From a phage, in assembly GCA_025471175.1 (NCBI GenBank), contig GCA_025471175.1_4338.1: 44,724 bases of DNA; one strand, written 5' to 3'. The notes beneath the pieces are model-generated. The model saw only the letters and a list, made by a program, of their open reading frames with translations. It was not told where the DNA came from and ran no database searches. This document shows positions 1 to 8,132 of this stretch, piece by piece (within the stretch, counting starts at the first letter, position 1; each line of letters begins with the position of its first letter). Both the position numbers and the translations under genes were made by a program.

Positions 1-31
1 AAAAAAAAATCCCGGCTGGGTCAGGGCCGGG
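1..31 (-). terminator. candidate rho-independent terminator (minus-strand transcript)
   Basis: GC hairpin cccggc-N9-gccggg at ~11-31 directly preceded on + strand by A9 (U9 after the hairpin on the minus transcript); at window edge, context incomplete. Confidence 0.45.
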
Positions 32-213
32 AGAAACAGAGAGCAGAGGGATGATACAGGAGGTTGGTGAAACCAGTATGAAGCTGCCGTTGTTGGGTGT
101 CAACAGAGATTTCCGGCTCGCGTTACCGCACATCGGCCTGACCTTGTCACAGGTCCGCGCGGGGGATGATACCCGGAATGCCCGCAATGTTGTTTATCTT
201 CTGTTGACGAAAT

Positions 214-240
214 AAAACCCGGATTCGCGGTCCGGGTTTC
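214..240 (-). terminator. candidate rho-independent terminator downstream of lysozyme gene
   Basis: 7-bp stem acccgga/tccgggt with 7-nt loop; on minus strand followed by UUUAUUU; ~40 nt past the lysozyme stop. Confidence 0.5.
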
Positions 241-277
241 GGGGTGGGGTTAGCACAAACAGCGCAGGGTGATTATA

Positions 278-766
278 TCAGCCTTTCACCGCACGTCCAA
301 TAGCAACCGCCTCTTGCCACGGTTTACCGTCGAACAGTGCCAGACGCCCGGCAGTACGTCGGCGCAGTCCAAGTAACGGTTTACCATTCTGGTTGATGAA
401 CAGTGCCAGCTTAGCCCGTAGCGTCTGCGCATCACCAGCGCGCAGCGCCTTACCCGTGCCTGTAGTAGCCGCAATCACGCCAGCACCCGCGTTAAACACC
501 AGGTCGCACACCGCATCGAACTGACCCTGCGTCAGCGAGTGATGCGCTGCGGCGTCAACGGCGGCTACTGCCTTAGCCATATCGCGATTCAGTAACAGGA
601 GGCCTTGGCCCGGGGTGATGGTCTTGCCAGGTGTTACGTCCGGCCCATAATGCCCATAGCCTATCGTCAGGTACTTCTCGTTCGGCGTAGCGCGATACGC
701 AGTTCCGCGGAATCCCTCAAACGCAGCGGTGAAATGCAATCCATTATCTGAGATATTTCGAGACAC
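278..766 (-). CDS. endolysin, phage lysozyme (GH24-like)
   Basis: ORF track 278..817 begins at TTG; better start is GTG at 764-766 with GGAGG 8 nt upstream. N-terminus ISDNGLHFTAAFEGFRGTAYRATPNEKYLTIGYGH matches the phage lysozyme signature. Confidence 0.85.
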   Translation of the reverse strand: MSRNISDNGLHFTAAFEGFRGTAYRATPNEKYLTIGYGHYGPDVTPGKTITPGQGLLLLNRDMAKAVAAVDAAAHHSLTQGQFDAVCDLVFNAGAGVIAATTGTGKALRAGDAQTLRAKLALFINQNGKPLLGLRRRTAGRLALFDGKPWQEAVAIGRAVKG

Positions 767-1016
767 GCTTATATCCTCCGTATGACAGCCACGCCTGACG
801 AATCTGGCGTAGCGCAACTAATGTGATTAACGTCTCTGGCAGCGTCGGTGACATGCTGCCCTGTAACAGGTGGATACATCCGGCAGCGCAGACGATAGCA
901 GTCAGGATGTAGAGCACCCGACCAAATAGCCCATCGTCAACGCTGGGATGATACACATTAAACAGCGATGTACCCCCTATTGCCAGCATACCGCCGAACC
1001 AGAATAACTCATTCAT
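744..1016 (-). CDS. small membrane protein, holin/antiholin candidate
   Basis: 90 aa, two hydrophobic segments by eye, ATG start, overlaps lysozyme start; directly upstream of endolysin. Confidence 0.5.
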   Translation of the reverse strand: MNELFWFGGMLAIGGTSLFNVYHPSVDDGLFGRVLYILTAIVCAAGCIHLLQGSMSPTLPETLITLVALRQIRQAWLSYGGYKRVSKYLR

Positions 1017-1317
1017 CCGAGCCTCCTCGACGTGAGATGTATTCTCCGGCGACGATACCGGAGAGGCGGGAATAGATAGGCATCCAGAGAATAGCGATAA
1101 TGAATCCGAGGCCAGCTATCTCGCGCTCCCCGGTAATGCCGAACCATTGAGCTGCGAGAGGTGCGCCAAATACAGCGCAAGTGAAGCCAGTTGCGATAAA
1201 GCAGAAGCCGTCTATGGGACCAGAAATAACGGACTTATGTTGTCGTAGCCCGATTACCCCACCGGCTAGTGCGGCGGCGAGAAGCCACCCCGTCACTGTT
1301 TCAGTAAATTTATCCAA
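1009..1317 (-). CDS. holin-like membrane protein
   Basis: 102 aa with about three hydrophobic segments and charged C-terminus; TTG start preceded by GGAGGA; 8-nt overlap with next gene. Confidence 0.5.
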   Translation of the reverse strand: MDKFTETVTGWLLAAALAGGVIGLRQHKSVISGPIDGFCFIATGFTCAVFGAPLAAQWFGITGEREIAGLGFIIAILWMPIYSRLSGIVAGEYISRRGGSDE

Positions 1318-1381
1318 GATGAATCCTCCAGGTGCGTATTAAGTATGCAGTAACTGGAGGATACCACGGGTAGGAATTATC

Positions 1382-1816
1382 TTAATAGTTGTTTGGTAAT
1401 AACCTTGCCCCAGTGTTAGTGTCGAATTGCGCGGCTACAGTAATCGCACGTGTTGCCGTATTACCTAAATACATAGCCGCCAGTGCATAAGGTGCACCGG
1501 AACCGACGGCGGCAAAACCATCCGCAACAGGGATAACCGAACTTAGTGCACAATCCCAGGATTTGTAGATCTCTACTTTGCACAACGTTTCGATGTCTTT
1601 AACCCACACCAAAGCAGAGAAATCAAAATCGTAGTGCTTAGGTACTAAAATACTATCGTCCTTCACTAAAAGGATACCAGCCTCAGCATTGCCTGCTACA
1701 CCGATAACAGCAAAATCATTCTCGTATATCTTTGTGTCTGTGTTGTAATAGTTACCCCCGCACACAACACGGGTATCACTGGCCATCGTCTTTCCGTCAA
1801 ACGCGATAGTAGTCAT
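1382..1816 (-). CDS. HslV / proteasome beta-subunit-like Ntn-hydrolase peptidase
   Basis: 144 aa; N-terminal MTTIAFDG (Thr right after Met, as HslV MTTIV); KIYENDFAVIGVAGNAEAG and FAAVGSGAPYALAAMYLG resemble HslV KVIAGFAGGTADA and IAIGSGGPYAQAAARALL; GGAGG RBS; ATGA overlap with upstream gene. Confidence 0.55.
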   Translation of the reverse strand: MTTIAFDGKTMASDTRVVCGGNYYNTDTKIYENDFAVIGVAGNAEAGILLVKDDSILVPKHYDFDFSALVWVKDIETLCKVEIYKSWDCALSSVIPVADGFAAVGSGAPYALAAMYLGNTATRAITVAAQFDTNTGARLLPNNY

Positions 1817-2106
1817 TTGTGCCTCCAGATGTATTGTCGTCTCTGGGGTTTCGTCGGAATATCATCGTACCCCAGCGATTTCCAGTAATTAAATAGCCGG
1901 TTCGCAATAGCTGCGCGTTCCTTTGTCTTGAACTCACCGAGATTCACGGCCTTTCCGTTCTGGAACCCGCAGGCGCGTATAGCTTTGCGTCGGGCCTGAA
2001 TCTCAGGGTACATCGCGTTACCCCGACGCTTGTATATCCGGGTGTTCGCTCTCGGCGACAGCGGCGCAAGGCCGCTTCGTTTCAGGATGTCAGTTGCGAG
2101 GCTCAT
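1813..2106 (-). CDS. hypothetical protein (97 aa)
   Basis: ORF track 1813..2151; start moved to ATG at 2104-2106, which overlaps the upstream stop (ATGA coupling). Confidence 0.45.
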   Translation of the reverse strand: MSLATDILKRSGLAPLSPRANTRIYKRRGNAMYPEIQARRKAIRACGFQNGKAVNLGEFKTKERAAIANRLFNYWKSLGYDDIPTKPQRRQYIWRHK

Positions 2107-2297
2107 ATTCCGAGAATCTCGCGGGCCATTTCTTCTGTAACTTTCGAACAAGGTGCGTACATTACCTGTTCGGCGAATTCACGTAACTTTGCTTCAAGTT
2201 TCAGATAAGCGTCATACTCTACATAATCGCCGTATGCATACTCAGCCATCTCAGGCTCTGGCAGACCCCACGCTTTTACCTCATATCTCTGCACCAT
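2103..2297 (-). CDS. hypothetical protein (64 aa)
   Basis: ORF track 2103..2342; internal ATG at 2295-2297 overlaps upstream stop. Confidence 0.4.
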   Translation of the reverse strand: MVQRYEVKAWGLPEPEMAEYAYGDYVEYDAYLKLEAKLREFAEQVMYAPCSKVTEEMAREILGI

Positions 2298-2575
2298 CAA
2301 TCCACCCCTTCCACATGTGTAACCGACCCACAGTTCGCGCACTCGACGTAATCAGGGAACTGGTCTTTGTATTTCTGTAACTCAGCGTTCACTTCTGCCA
2401 GTCTTGACACAAGCCCCTCTATCTCCATGTCCGTAGCGGTTATGTAGTCCTGGAAACTGTCATCCAGTTCCTTGTAATCTTCGTATCTTACATAACGCCC
2501 TTCATGCGAGTCAGGGACAGGCGTTATATCTACTGCACCTGCAAAATCTTCTGTTAAGTCGTATCGTACAACCAT
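2297..2575 (-). CDS. hypothetical protein (about 92 aa)
   Basis: ORF track 2297..2581 (GTG); ATG at 2573-2575 has AGGAGAAG upstream; acidic, CxxC near C-terminus. Confidence 0.45.
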   Translation of the reverse strand: MVVRYDLTEDFAGAVDITPVPDSHEGRYVRYEDYKELDDSFQDYITATDMEIEGLVSRLAEVNAELQKYKDQFPDYVECANCGSVTHVEGVD

Positions 2576-2577
2576 AA

Positions 2578-2781
2578 TCACTTCTCCTGTTTACCAAGTC
2601 GCTTAGGTGAGCAGATAGCGCGTACCTCTGGGTCGTTGGGCTTGTCACCCTGAAACAGAAAGTGCGCGTTCTCTGCGGCGCGTGCCGCAGCCTGGCACGC
2701 ATCCAGTGAGTAAAACGTTTCTGTTGCCGCTAGTTGTAACTGGCATGCGGTAAGTGTCCAGATAAATAAGATGCTGGTCAT
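2578..2781 (-). CDS. small putative lipoprotein
   Basis: ORF track 2578..2796; ATG at 2779-2781 overlaps upstream stop; MTSILFIWTLTAC looks like signal peptide plus lipobox Cys. Confidence 0.4.
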   Translation of the reverse strand: MTSILFIWTLTACQLQLAATETFYSLDACQAAARAAENAHFLFQGDKPNDPEVRAICSPKRLGKQEK

Positions 2782-3302
2782 TTGGTCACCCCACATTTAG
2801 AGCACTGCTGTAAGTCGCTACACCACAGAACCAAACGATAGTCATGTTCACATTCCTGTGTGTCAATCTTGTATTCCACTATGTCTGCGTATGTTCCATC
2901 CCAAATCCACGACCGCTTTTCTGCTGCTACACTGTGTTTCGGCTCCTCCCCGTTGCGATACCGGATAAATACCATAGTCCCATCCGGCACAGGTTGTCGT
3001 GCACCATAATGCGGCCTCCAGGCGTTGTACTGAGTATTTTCTTTGCAGCAACCGGATTGCTCCATGGCATCGATGTATTCTCCAATGTCACCGGTAGACT
3101 TAGCTATCTCTTTACGCAAACGAACGACGGTGCTATTGGCGATATCAAGTTCTTTCTGTAACTCAGCCACCAGCGTCGACGCATCACGTAACTGATTCTT
3201 GAGTAACAACACCTCGTGTGCCAGGTCTTCACACTGGTTGCCATTTACCAGCTGCCGTAACTGGCCAATCAGGTACTCGAATACTTCGTTTTTGTTACCC
3301 AT
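2778..3302 (-). CDS. hypothetical protein, coiled-coil N-terminus
   Basis: 174 aa; ATG with AGGAGA RBS; first gene after promoter at 3333-3361. Confidence 0.55.
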   Translation of the reverse strand: MGNKNEVFEYLIGQLRQLVNGNQCEDLAHEVLLLKNQLRDASTLVAELQKELDIANSTVVRLRKEIAKSTGDIGEYIDAMEQSGCCKENTQYNAWRPHYGARQPVPDGTMVFIRYRNGEEPKHSVAAEKRSWIWDGTYADIVEYKIDTQECEHDYRLVLWCSDLQQCSKCGVTK

Positions 3303-3332
3303 CTCTGTCTCTCCTCTCGTTTGTGTAAATGA

Positions 3333-3361
3333 ATAGTAGCCTATTCTATCCCAGTGTGCAA
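3333..3361 (-). promoter_or_regulatory. sigma70-like promoter with AATAG-N4-CTATT element
   Basis: Read on minus strand: TTGCAC-N17-TACTAT; spacer/-10 carries AATAGtagcCTATT; ~25 nt upstream of gene start 3302. Confidence 0.5.
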
Positions 3362-3436
3362 GTAAATTTTATTAGTGTTTGTATTGTTGCATCTCCTGCA
3401 ATAGTCGCTTCGATTGTTGCGTTTGGTGAAATAGAA

Positions 3437-3475
3437 CAAAAATGAGAAAAATGATACGCTGCTGTGTAGCAGCGT
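3437..3475 (-). terminator. rho-independent terminator ending the 4543-3518 operon
   Basis: Hairpin acgctgct-gtgt-agcagcgt (3456-3475) followed on minus strand by U-rich run. Confidence 0.5.
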
Positions 3476-3517
3476 AAGTCACTCAGTAAAATCCCAAACT
3501 ATTGTTACAATATAACA

Positions 3518-3718
3518 TCACACTTCCGGCGGCTCGGGTAACGGCATCCAGTGGGTAACAAACTTATCGTAGTGATTCCAGAAAGGCTTTCTCGCATCAT
3601 CAGGGACGATGTAATAATCGTGCTGCACTGCGTTATTCAACGTTTCATACCCCAGGAACTCCTTATCCGTATACCCATTGCCCGGCAGCATCCCACTACA
3701 CTTAATCCACTTACCCAT
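3518..3718 (-). CDS. hypothetical protein (66 aa)
   Basis: ORF track; ATG start; last gene before terminator. Confidence 0.45.
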   Translation of the reverse strand: MGKWIKCSGMLPGNGYTDKEFLGYETLNNAVQHDYYIVPDDARKPFWNHYDKFVTHWMPLPEPPEV

Positions 3719-3721
3719 ATC

Positions 3722-3877
3722 TCACCTCGGATTCGCAACAGACAACACAACAGACAACACACCAGCTTTCCACGCCCGCCACGCGAGACGCGTCTTAACG
3801 TTCAGGTACTCTTTCTTCGAACCCTTGTTGACCGGCAGACCCTCCACGACGGCCCACCGTTCGAATGCTTCTCTCAT
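3722..3877 (-). CDS. hypothetical small protein (51 aa)
   Basis: Below ORF-track cutoff; ATG at 3875-3877 overlaps stop of upstream small ORF (ATGA); GAGG upstream. Confidence 0.35.
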   Translation of the reverse strand: MREAFERWAVVEGLPVNKGSKKEYLNVKTRLAWRAWKAGVLSVVLSVANPR

Positions 3878-4029
3878 ACCAGAACCTCGCATTCATCCCG
3901 ATACACGAACAATAACGACCCTTTCCACTCAATCATAAAACCATAATGGTTGCTGCTGAACGCCAGAAAAACATCACCTATCGAGATACCGAAATCGATA
4001 AGCCTGCGGTCAGTTATTCGAATTCTCAT
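3874..4029 (-). CDS. hypothetical small protein (51 aa)
   Basis: Below ORF-track cutoff; ATG at 4027-4029; stop overlaps next ATG. Confidence 0.3.
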   Translation of the reverse strand: MRIRITDRRLIDFGISIGDVFLAFSSNHYGFMIEWKGSLLFVYRDECEVLV

Positions 4030-4089
4030 ACCAACCCCCACAACGCGTGCGCCACGTAAACGGCGCTGACAATTAAAATAAACGGATAG

Positions 4090-4347
4090 TTATTCACGGC
4101 AACCTCCCTCAGAGTCGTCGGCACGAGCATCATGATTCGATGCCGTTCTGAATGTTACCGCTGGTGTGCCCAGGACATTCACGGTAAAGGCTTCACCATG
4201 TGATTGCTCTAAATCCCACTCATCACCTTCCTCGTCTAAAACGTAGAGACGACCGTCGTAGTGTACTTTCAACGAATACTCGTTGCCTTTTATAAACCAA
4301 CCGCCCATTTCTGCTTTAGACTCAATACAAATTAATTCTTCCATCAC
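4090..4347 (-). CDS. hypothetical protein (85 aa)
   Basis: ORF track; AAGGG RBS before ATG. Confidence 0.45.
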   Translation of the reverse strand: MMEELICIESKAEMGGWFIKGNEYSLKVHYDGRLYVLDEEGDEWDLEQSHGEAFTVNVLGTPAVTFRTASNHDARADDSEGGCRE

Positions 4348-4534
4348 TTCGCCCTTTGAATTTAAAATTGTTGCCTATGAGCTTCATTTCATACTCTCGG
4401 TAATACGCCGTGGAACTTAACCCGTGCTCCCTGAGTAAGCTAACGACATAAGAACTTCGGTACACTGTCGATTTCTTTTCAATAATACCTAAGCTACCGT
4501 ACATCGTTTTCACCAACTGACCCTTCCTAAACAT
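4322..4534 (-). CDS. hypothetical protein (about 70 aa)
   Basis: ORF track 4322..4543 (GTG); third in-frame ATG at 4532-4534 sits 8 nt after GAGGAG. Confidence 0.45.
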   Translation of the reverse strand: MFRKGQLVKTMYGSLGIIEKKSTVYRSSYVVSLLREHGLSSTAYYREYEMKLIGNNFKFKGRSDGRINLY

Positions 4535-4569
4535 AACCATCACTCCTCTGTCTCATCCCGATAAGTGAA

Positions 4570-4598
4570 TAGTATCCTATTATGTTGGGGTGTGCAAG
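4570..4598 (-). promoter_or_regulatory. sigma70-like early promoter (leftward)
   Basis: Minus strand TTGCAC-N17-TACTAT; a ~37-nt block here is the exact reverse complement of the block at 27502-27538. Confidence 0.55.
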
Positions 4599-4644
4599 AG
4601 GATAGTTACGTTGCCGTTGTGATTCTTTCGTTTAATGGGATAGC

Positions 4645-4679
4645 GAGCGAAACGAAACGAACGTGGTGCCGAAGGCACC
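4645..4679 (-). terminator. candidate intrinsic terminator/attenuator after leader copy A
   Basis: On minus strand ggugcc-UUCG-ggcacc hairpin (forward 4665-4679) followed by acguucguuucguuucg. Confidence 0.4.
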
Positions 4680-4860
4680 AAGAGTGAGTGAGTGAGCTTG
4701 CGGTTCTGACCCACGGCAAATCAGTAACTTAGATATTTAGGCGGGAATTACAATAGACTTTGGCCCTTCCGAATGCGCCAGCGAGCCTCACTCCACACGT
4801 CGAGACGTGCTCGTTTCGCCTGCCGCGCACCGCGGTCGCTTGTTCATACTTCACAAGCTC
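4645..4860 (-). ncRNA. candidate ~200-nt leader RNA / sRNA, copy A
   Basis: Predicted transcript from promoter 4867-4895 to terminator at ~4645-4679; 5' ~110 nt homologous to copy B, including a 34-nt identical block (4830-4863). Confidence 0.3.
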
Positions 4861-4895
4861 AGGACGAGCTTAGCATATTTCTTAGTAAAAGTCAA
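4751..4895. repeat. copy A of a ~145-bp dispersed repeat (other copy 37062-37204)
   Basis: Left block caatagaNtNtggcccttccgaaNgcgNcagcg 29/33 identical; divergent ~45-nt middle; 34-nt perfect block ccgcggtcgcttgttcatacttcacaagctcagg; similar right flank. Confidence 0.7.
4867..4895 (-). promoter_or_regulatory. promoter P_A (extended -10), leftward
   Basis: Minus strand TTGACT-N17-TAAGCT with TGc before the -10; same architecture as P_B at 37176-37204. Confidence 0.5.
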
Positions 4896-4942
4896 TACCA
4901 GTAGCATCTTTTGTATCTTAGTAACTTTGTGTGGTGTTTTGG

Positions 4943-4971
4943 TTGCTTTTACAAAGTTACCGCCTTATACT
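4943..4971 (+). promoter_or_regulatory. sigma70-like early promoter (rightward)
   Basis: TTGCTT-N17-TATACT, ~30 nt upstream of the ATG at 5001. Confidence 0.45.
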
Positions 4972-5000
4972 TCGGTACATCTTACATAGGAGAACGTGAA

Positions 5001-5171
5001 ATGACTATCAATGAAGTAGCTGAACGTATTGGGGTGACGCGCCAGACAATTAATAACTGGATTAAGAGTGGAAAGTTTCCTGATTGCAGCGTTAAAGTAA
5101 TGGGTCGCCGGATGCCGGGGACATTTGACCGTAATAAAGTTGAAGCGTGGATTAAGGAGAACGTGAAATGA
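5001..5171 (+). CDS. small HTH DNA-binding protein (AlpA/excisionase-like HTH)
   Basis: ORF track 4911..5171 (TTG); ATG at 5001 with AGGAG 8 nt upstream; MTINEVAERIGVTRQTINNWIKSGKFP is a helix-turn-helix. Confidence 0.6.
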   Translation: MTINEVAERIGVTRQTINNWIKSGKFPDCSVKVMGRRMPGTFDRNKVEAWIKENVK

Positions 5172-5380
5172 TTGGGCGTATGGGTTGTTACTTTGAAAAC
5201 GGTAAAGTTAAATACTGGTTTAAGTTTGCGTCAGAAATTACCGACAGCGGTTTCTACGCAGAAATATGTAAGCCTAATCATTTGTCGGAACCGACGCGCA
5301 TTATTAAGATGCCAATCGAGGTGTTAAGTAAATGCCGTTTCTATACTTCGGAGCGTGCGTGGTTTGCCGGCGATAAATAA
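5168..5380 (+). CDS. hypothetical protein (70 aa)
   Basis: ORF track; ATGA overlap with upstream gene; same 16-nt initiation region aggagaacgtgaaatga as the gene at 5001. Confidence 0.5.
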   Translation: MIGRMGCYFENGKVKYWFKFASEITDSGFYAEICKPNHLSEPTRIIKMPIEVLSKCRFYTSERAWFAGDK

Positions 5381-5448
5381 AAGAAACCCCAACGCCAGAA
5401 CGTCGGGGTCGAAGCACAAATCATCAAAGTAAGCACAAGGATTATACA

Positions 5449-5577
5449 ATGACGAAGTTAATAGTTCCACAGCTACGCCGCCAGAAACACGGCGCTGATT
5501 TCTTCGCACCGGTAAAGATGAACCGCGCAATGCGCCGTATGCAGGAAGCCTTAGAACGTGCGGAGAAAAAGAAATGA
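5449..5577 (+). CDS. hypothetical small basic protein (42 aa)
   Basis: Below ORF-track cutoff; AAGG RBS; stop overlaps ATG of primase-helicase. Confidence 0.35.
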   Translation: MTKLIVPQLRRQKHGADFFAPVKMNRAMRRMQEALERAEKKK

Positions 5578-7835
5578 ATATTGTTTTTGCAACGCTGCGT
5601 AATACATTCGATAAAAACCCGGTAGCCCGTGAAATGCCACTGGAGCAGTTTGTAGAGTATGTCTGCGATACATCGAAGCGCCTGTCCGTAGACCCGTCAT
5701 GGACTAAGGAAGAGTACGACGCGGCCAAGATTAAGCAGAAAGCAATTGCGCCTGTTGGTGGTCGCCGTAAGAACGCGATTCTGGAAGATAGTGTGGTTAA
5801 GTTCGACTTTGACCATCTCAACCGTACTCAGTACCGCGACCTGACCCGCAAATTCAAGAACGCTCCGTTCTTCAATATTCTGCACACAACGGCGTCGCAT
5901 CAGCACGCGTGTAAAAACGGTGATTACGCCTTTCGCGTTCTGGTTCCGGCTCGCACTCCGTTTAACTCTAACGACGCGTGGATGGTGCAACGTGCTATTT
6001 GTGCGGAGTTAGAAATAGACGAAGCGTTGCGCGACCACTGCACGGAAGACGGCAACCGCCTTATCTACCTGCCGCACAAAGAGTCGAAGATAACGGTTAC
6101 AGAAGGGCGTGTCATCCGTGCGGAGCGGTACATCAAGAAAGCCGAAGAGATGGGGCTGCGTAAACGTGAAGCTAAGACACTTGCCGCCGATGAGCACGGG
6201 CTTAACGCAGATATAGCGCATTTCTGCGAAGCAGAGCTTGGCCTTGACGCTTTATCTTCCGGGCGTGGGTATGAAGTGCCGTGCCCTAACGAACATCTAC
6301 ATACAGGCAAAGGCTCCACCAGCATCATGCTTGATGGTAAAGAAGTGCGCTTTGTGTGCCAGCACACGAATAACGGTGCTTGCACTGAGCTTAACCGCCG
6401 GCAACATTTGGCTTTGCGCATGTGCGGCCTGCCTGACGAGCTTAACGTAGACAAGCAACCTATCAGTATTAACAGCATTCGTGCGGCTCTGCCTGATTTA
6501 CCGGACGAAGATATTGAAGAACTACACCGCACAGAGAACGAGGAGCCTGTAACTTGTACGCTGGAAGACCTCGAAGACGAGCCGGAAGTAGAAAAAGAAC
6601 CTGCTTACCCCGTAGTAGACGGCCTTATGCAGACCAATGAGTCATTCTACATTTGCGCAAAGTCCCACACTGGTAAGTCAACATTTAGTATGGCGATTGA
6701 TGCTGCTATCGCCGCCGAAAAAAGATATGCGTTCGGCGGGGCTGAGGTCGCGGAAGGTCATGTGTTTATTTTTGCGGGTGAAGGTGCGCAGTCGTTCGAA
6801 CGACATAAAAAATCTTTGCAGATTGCCCTTGGCGATAACTTGGACCGCTTGCACATTATCGATTGTGTTGCGGAGGGGTGTAACTTACTAGACGAAGCAT
6901 GGCGACGTCAGGCGGTGAGAATGATGCGCCGTGTTGCCGGTGAAGAGAGAATTGTAAAGGTTACGTTTGATACTCTACAAACTTGCATACCGGGCTTCGA
7001 CGAGAACGACAACAGGTCGATGAAAGAAGCTGCGCAGGCGCTTAACGAAATAGCATCGACGCTTAACGCCGCGGTAGGTGCTATGGTGCACCCGACTAAA
7101 AACATCGATGAAACCGTACCATCCGAGAACGGCATGATGCCGAAGGGTGGTAGTGATTTTCACAACTCCATCGATAACGGGATGTTCCTGCATAAGCCGG
7201 ACAACGACAATAACTTAGAGATAAACCTGTATCACATAAAGAACAGAAACGGAGAACGGCAGAAAGCCAGAGGATTCGTAATACAGAAGATTCAGATAGC
7301 GGAACCGCCAGAAAAGAAAGAACCAACTCACAACTTCATGGGTCTTCCGGAAGGGTACAGTAGCGATGATGTACGCGATTTTGACGCAGGAAATCCACAT
7401 ATTGACGTCTTTGTTAACTTCAACGCCTTCTCTGTCTTCGTGAAGAAAGTAGAAGGCATGACCGACGAACAGAAGGAAGCAGTTAAAGAAAAGGTAGGCC
7501 AGTTCGAGAAACTGGATACCAAAGAAGCTACGGTTATTTACGCATTAGGTAAATTGCAGGAGCAGGGTGATGACAAGCGAGGGTTCTCCATGTCAGCTAT
7601 CGTCAAAGCCGCGAAAGAAGATAGTTACGGCGTGCCGATTAACGCTAATAACGACCTTAGAAAGAAACTGGAAGAGATGCACGAGGCCGGGGTTATAGTC
7701 TCAGGTCTGGATAACAACAACAGGCCCATACCTAAGCAGTACCGGCTGCCGTGGGGTATAAACGATAACAAGATTCCGAAGACAATATACGAGCCCAATG
7801 AGATGCTGACAGTGACAGAGGAGGATTTGGAATAG
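5574..7835 (+). CDS. putative DNA primase-helicase
   Basis: 753 aa; P-loop AKSHTGKST in C-terminal half; N-terminal half has Cys/His cluster and FDFDH-type motif suggesting a primase domain; first large gene of replication module. Confidence 0.65.
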   Translation: MNIVFATLRNTFDKNPVAREMPLEQFVEYVCDTSKRLSVDPSWTKEEYDAAKIKQKAIAPVGGRRKNAILEDSVVKFDFDHLNRTQYRDLTRKFKNAPFFNILHTTASHQHACKNGDYAFRVLVPARTPFNSNDAWMVQRAICAELEIDEALRDHCTEDGNRLIYLPHKESKITVTEGRVIRAERYIKKAEEMGLRKREAKTLAADEHGLNADIAHFCEAELGLDALSSGRGYEVPCPNEHLHTGKGSTSIMLDGKEVRFVCQHTNNGACTELNRRQHLALRMCGLPDELNVDKQPISINSIRAALPDLPDEDIEELHRTENEEPVTCTLEDLEDEPEVEKEPAYPVVDGLMQTNESFYICAKSHTGKSTFSMAIDAAIAAEKRYAFGGAEVAEGHVFIFAGEGAQSFERHKKSLQIALGDNLDRLHIIDCVAEGCNLLDEAWRRQAVRMMRRVAGEERIVKVTFDTLQTCIPGFDENDNRSMKEAAQALNEIASTLNAAVGAMVHPTKNIDETVPSENGMMPKGGSDFHNSIDNGMFLHKPDNDNNLEINLYHIKNRNGERQKARGFVIQKIQIAEPPEKKEPTHNFMGLPEGYSSDDVRDFDAGNPHIDVFVNFNAFSVFVKKVEGMTDEQKEAVKEKVGQFEKLDTKEATVIYALGKLQEQGDDKRGFSMSAIVKAAKEDSYGVPINANNDLRKKLEEMHEAGVIVSGLDNNNRPIPKQYRLPWGINDNKIPKTIYEPNEMLTVTEEDLE

Positions 7836-7843
7836 GTAAAAAG

Positions 7844-7866
7844 AAAGGGGCGTTAAGCCCCTTCAC
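7844..7866. terminator. hairpin terminator between helicase and repressor genes
   Basis: ggggc-gttaa-gcccc stem-loop; U-run on minus-strand side; repressor stop codon lies in the loop. Confidence 0.4.
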
Positions 7867-8068
7867 CAAACGCCAGCCACTTGGCGTCTACTTCAAGCAC
7901 TTCGGCTAGTTTAAACAGCGTCGCCGGTCGGACGTCCTGAGTTACTCCTAGTGCAAGCTGGTTAATCGCGCCCTGGGAAACGCCGGTCAGGACAGCCAGA
8001 CGGCGCTGGGAGATGCCGAGTTCTTTACGACGTTGTTCTACACGGGTGCCTAGTTCAGATGGTTGCAT
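7853..8068 (-). CDS. XRE-family (Cro/CI-type) HTH transcriptional regulator
   Basis: 71 aa; RKELGISQRRLAVLTGVSQGAINQLALG is a classic HTH; AAGGAG RBS; lone minus-strand gene in the plus-strand module. Confidence 0.7.
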   Translation of the reverse strand: MQPSELGTRVEQRRKELGISQRRLAVLTGVSQGAINQLALGVTQDVRPATLFKLAEVLEVDAKWLAFGEGA

Positions 8069-8095
8069 GTCAGTTACTCCTTAGTCAGTTGATAT

Positions 8096-8128
8096 GTGAA
8101 TAGTACCATATTAATTATTTTAGAAAAG
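8096..8128 (-). promoter_or_regulatory. candidate promoter of regulator gene with AATAG element
   Basis: Minus strand -10 TACTAT, weak -35; contains GTGAATAGTACC; back-to-back with promoter 8133-8161. Confidence 0.4.
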
Positions 8129-8132
8129 CCCA

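Noticed and set aside
78-215. 45-aa plus-strand ORF at window start
   Set aside because: AGGAGG lies ~14 nt from the ATG, the region is flanked by minus-strand terminators, and there is no supporting motif
4682-4696. CRISPR-like or tandem repeat array
   Set aside because: Only a (GAGT)3 microsatellite; no spacer-repeat periodicity anywhere in the window
4751-4895. tRNA or tmRNA-like gene in the dispersed repeat
   Set aside because: The ttccgaa and gggcca stretches superficially recall a T-loop and CCA end, but no cloverleaf with acceptor, D and anticodon arms can be drawn; promoter plus leader fits better
6065-6532. 155-aa minus-strand ORF
   Set aside because: Antisense within the primase-helicase gene; no start context
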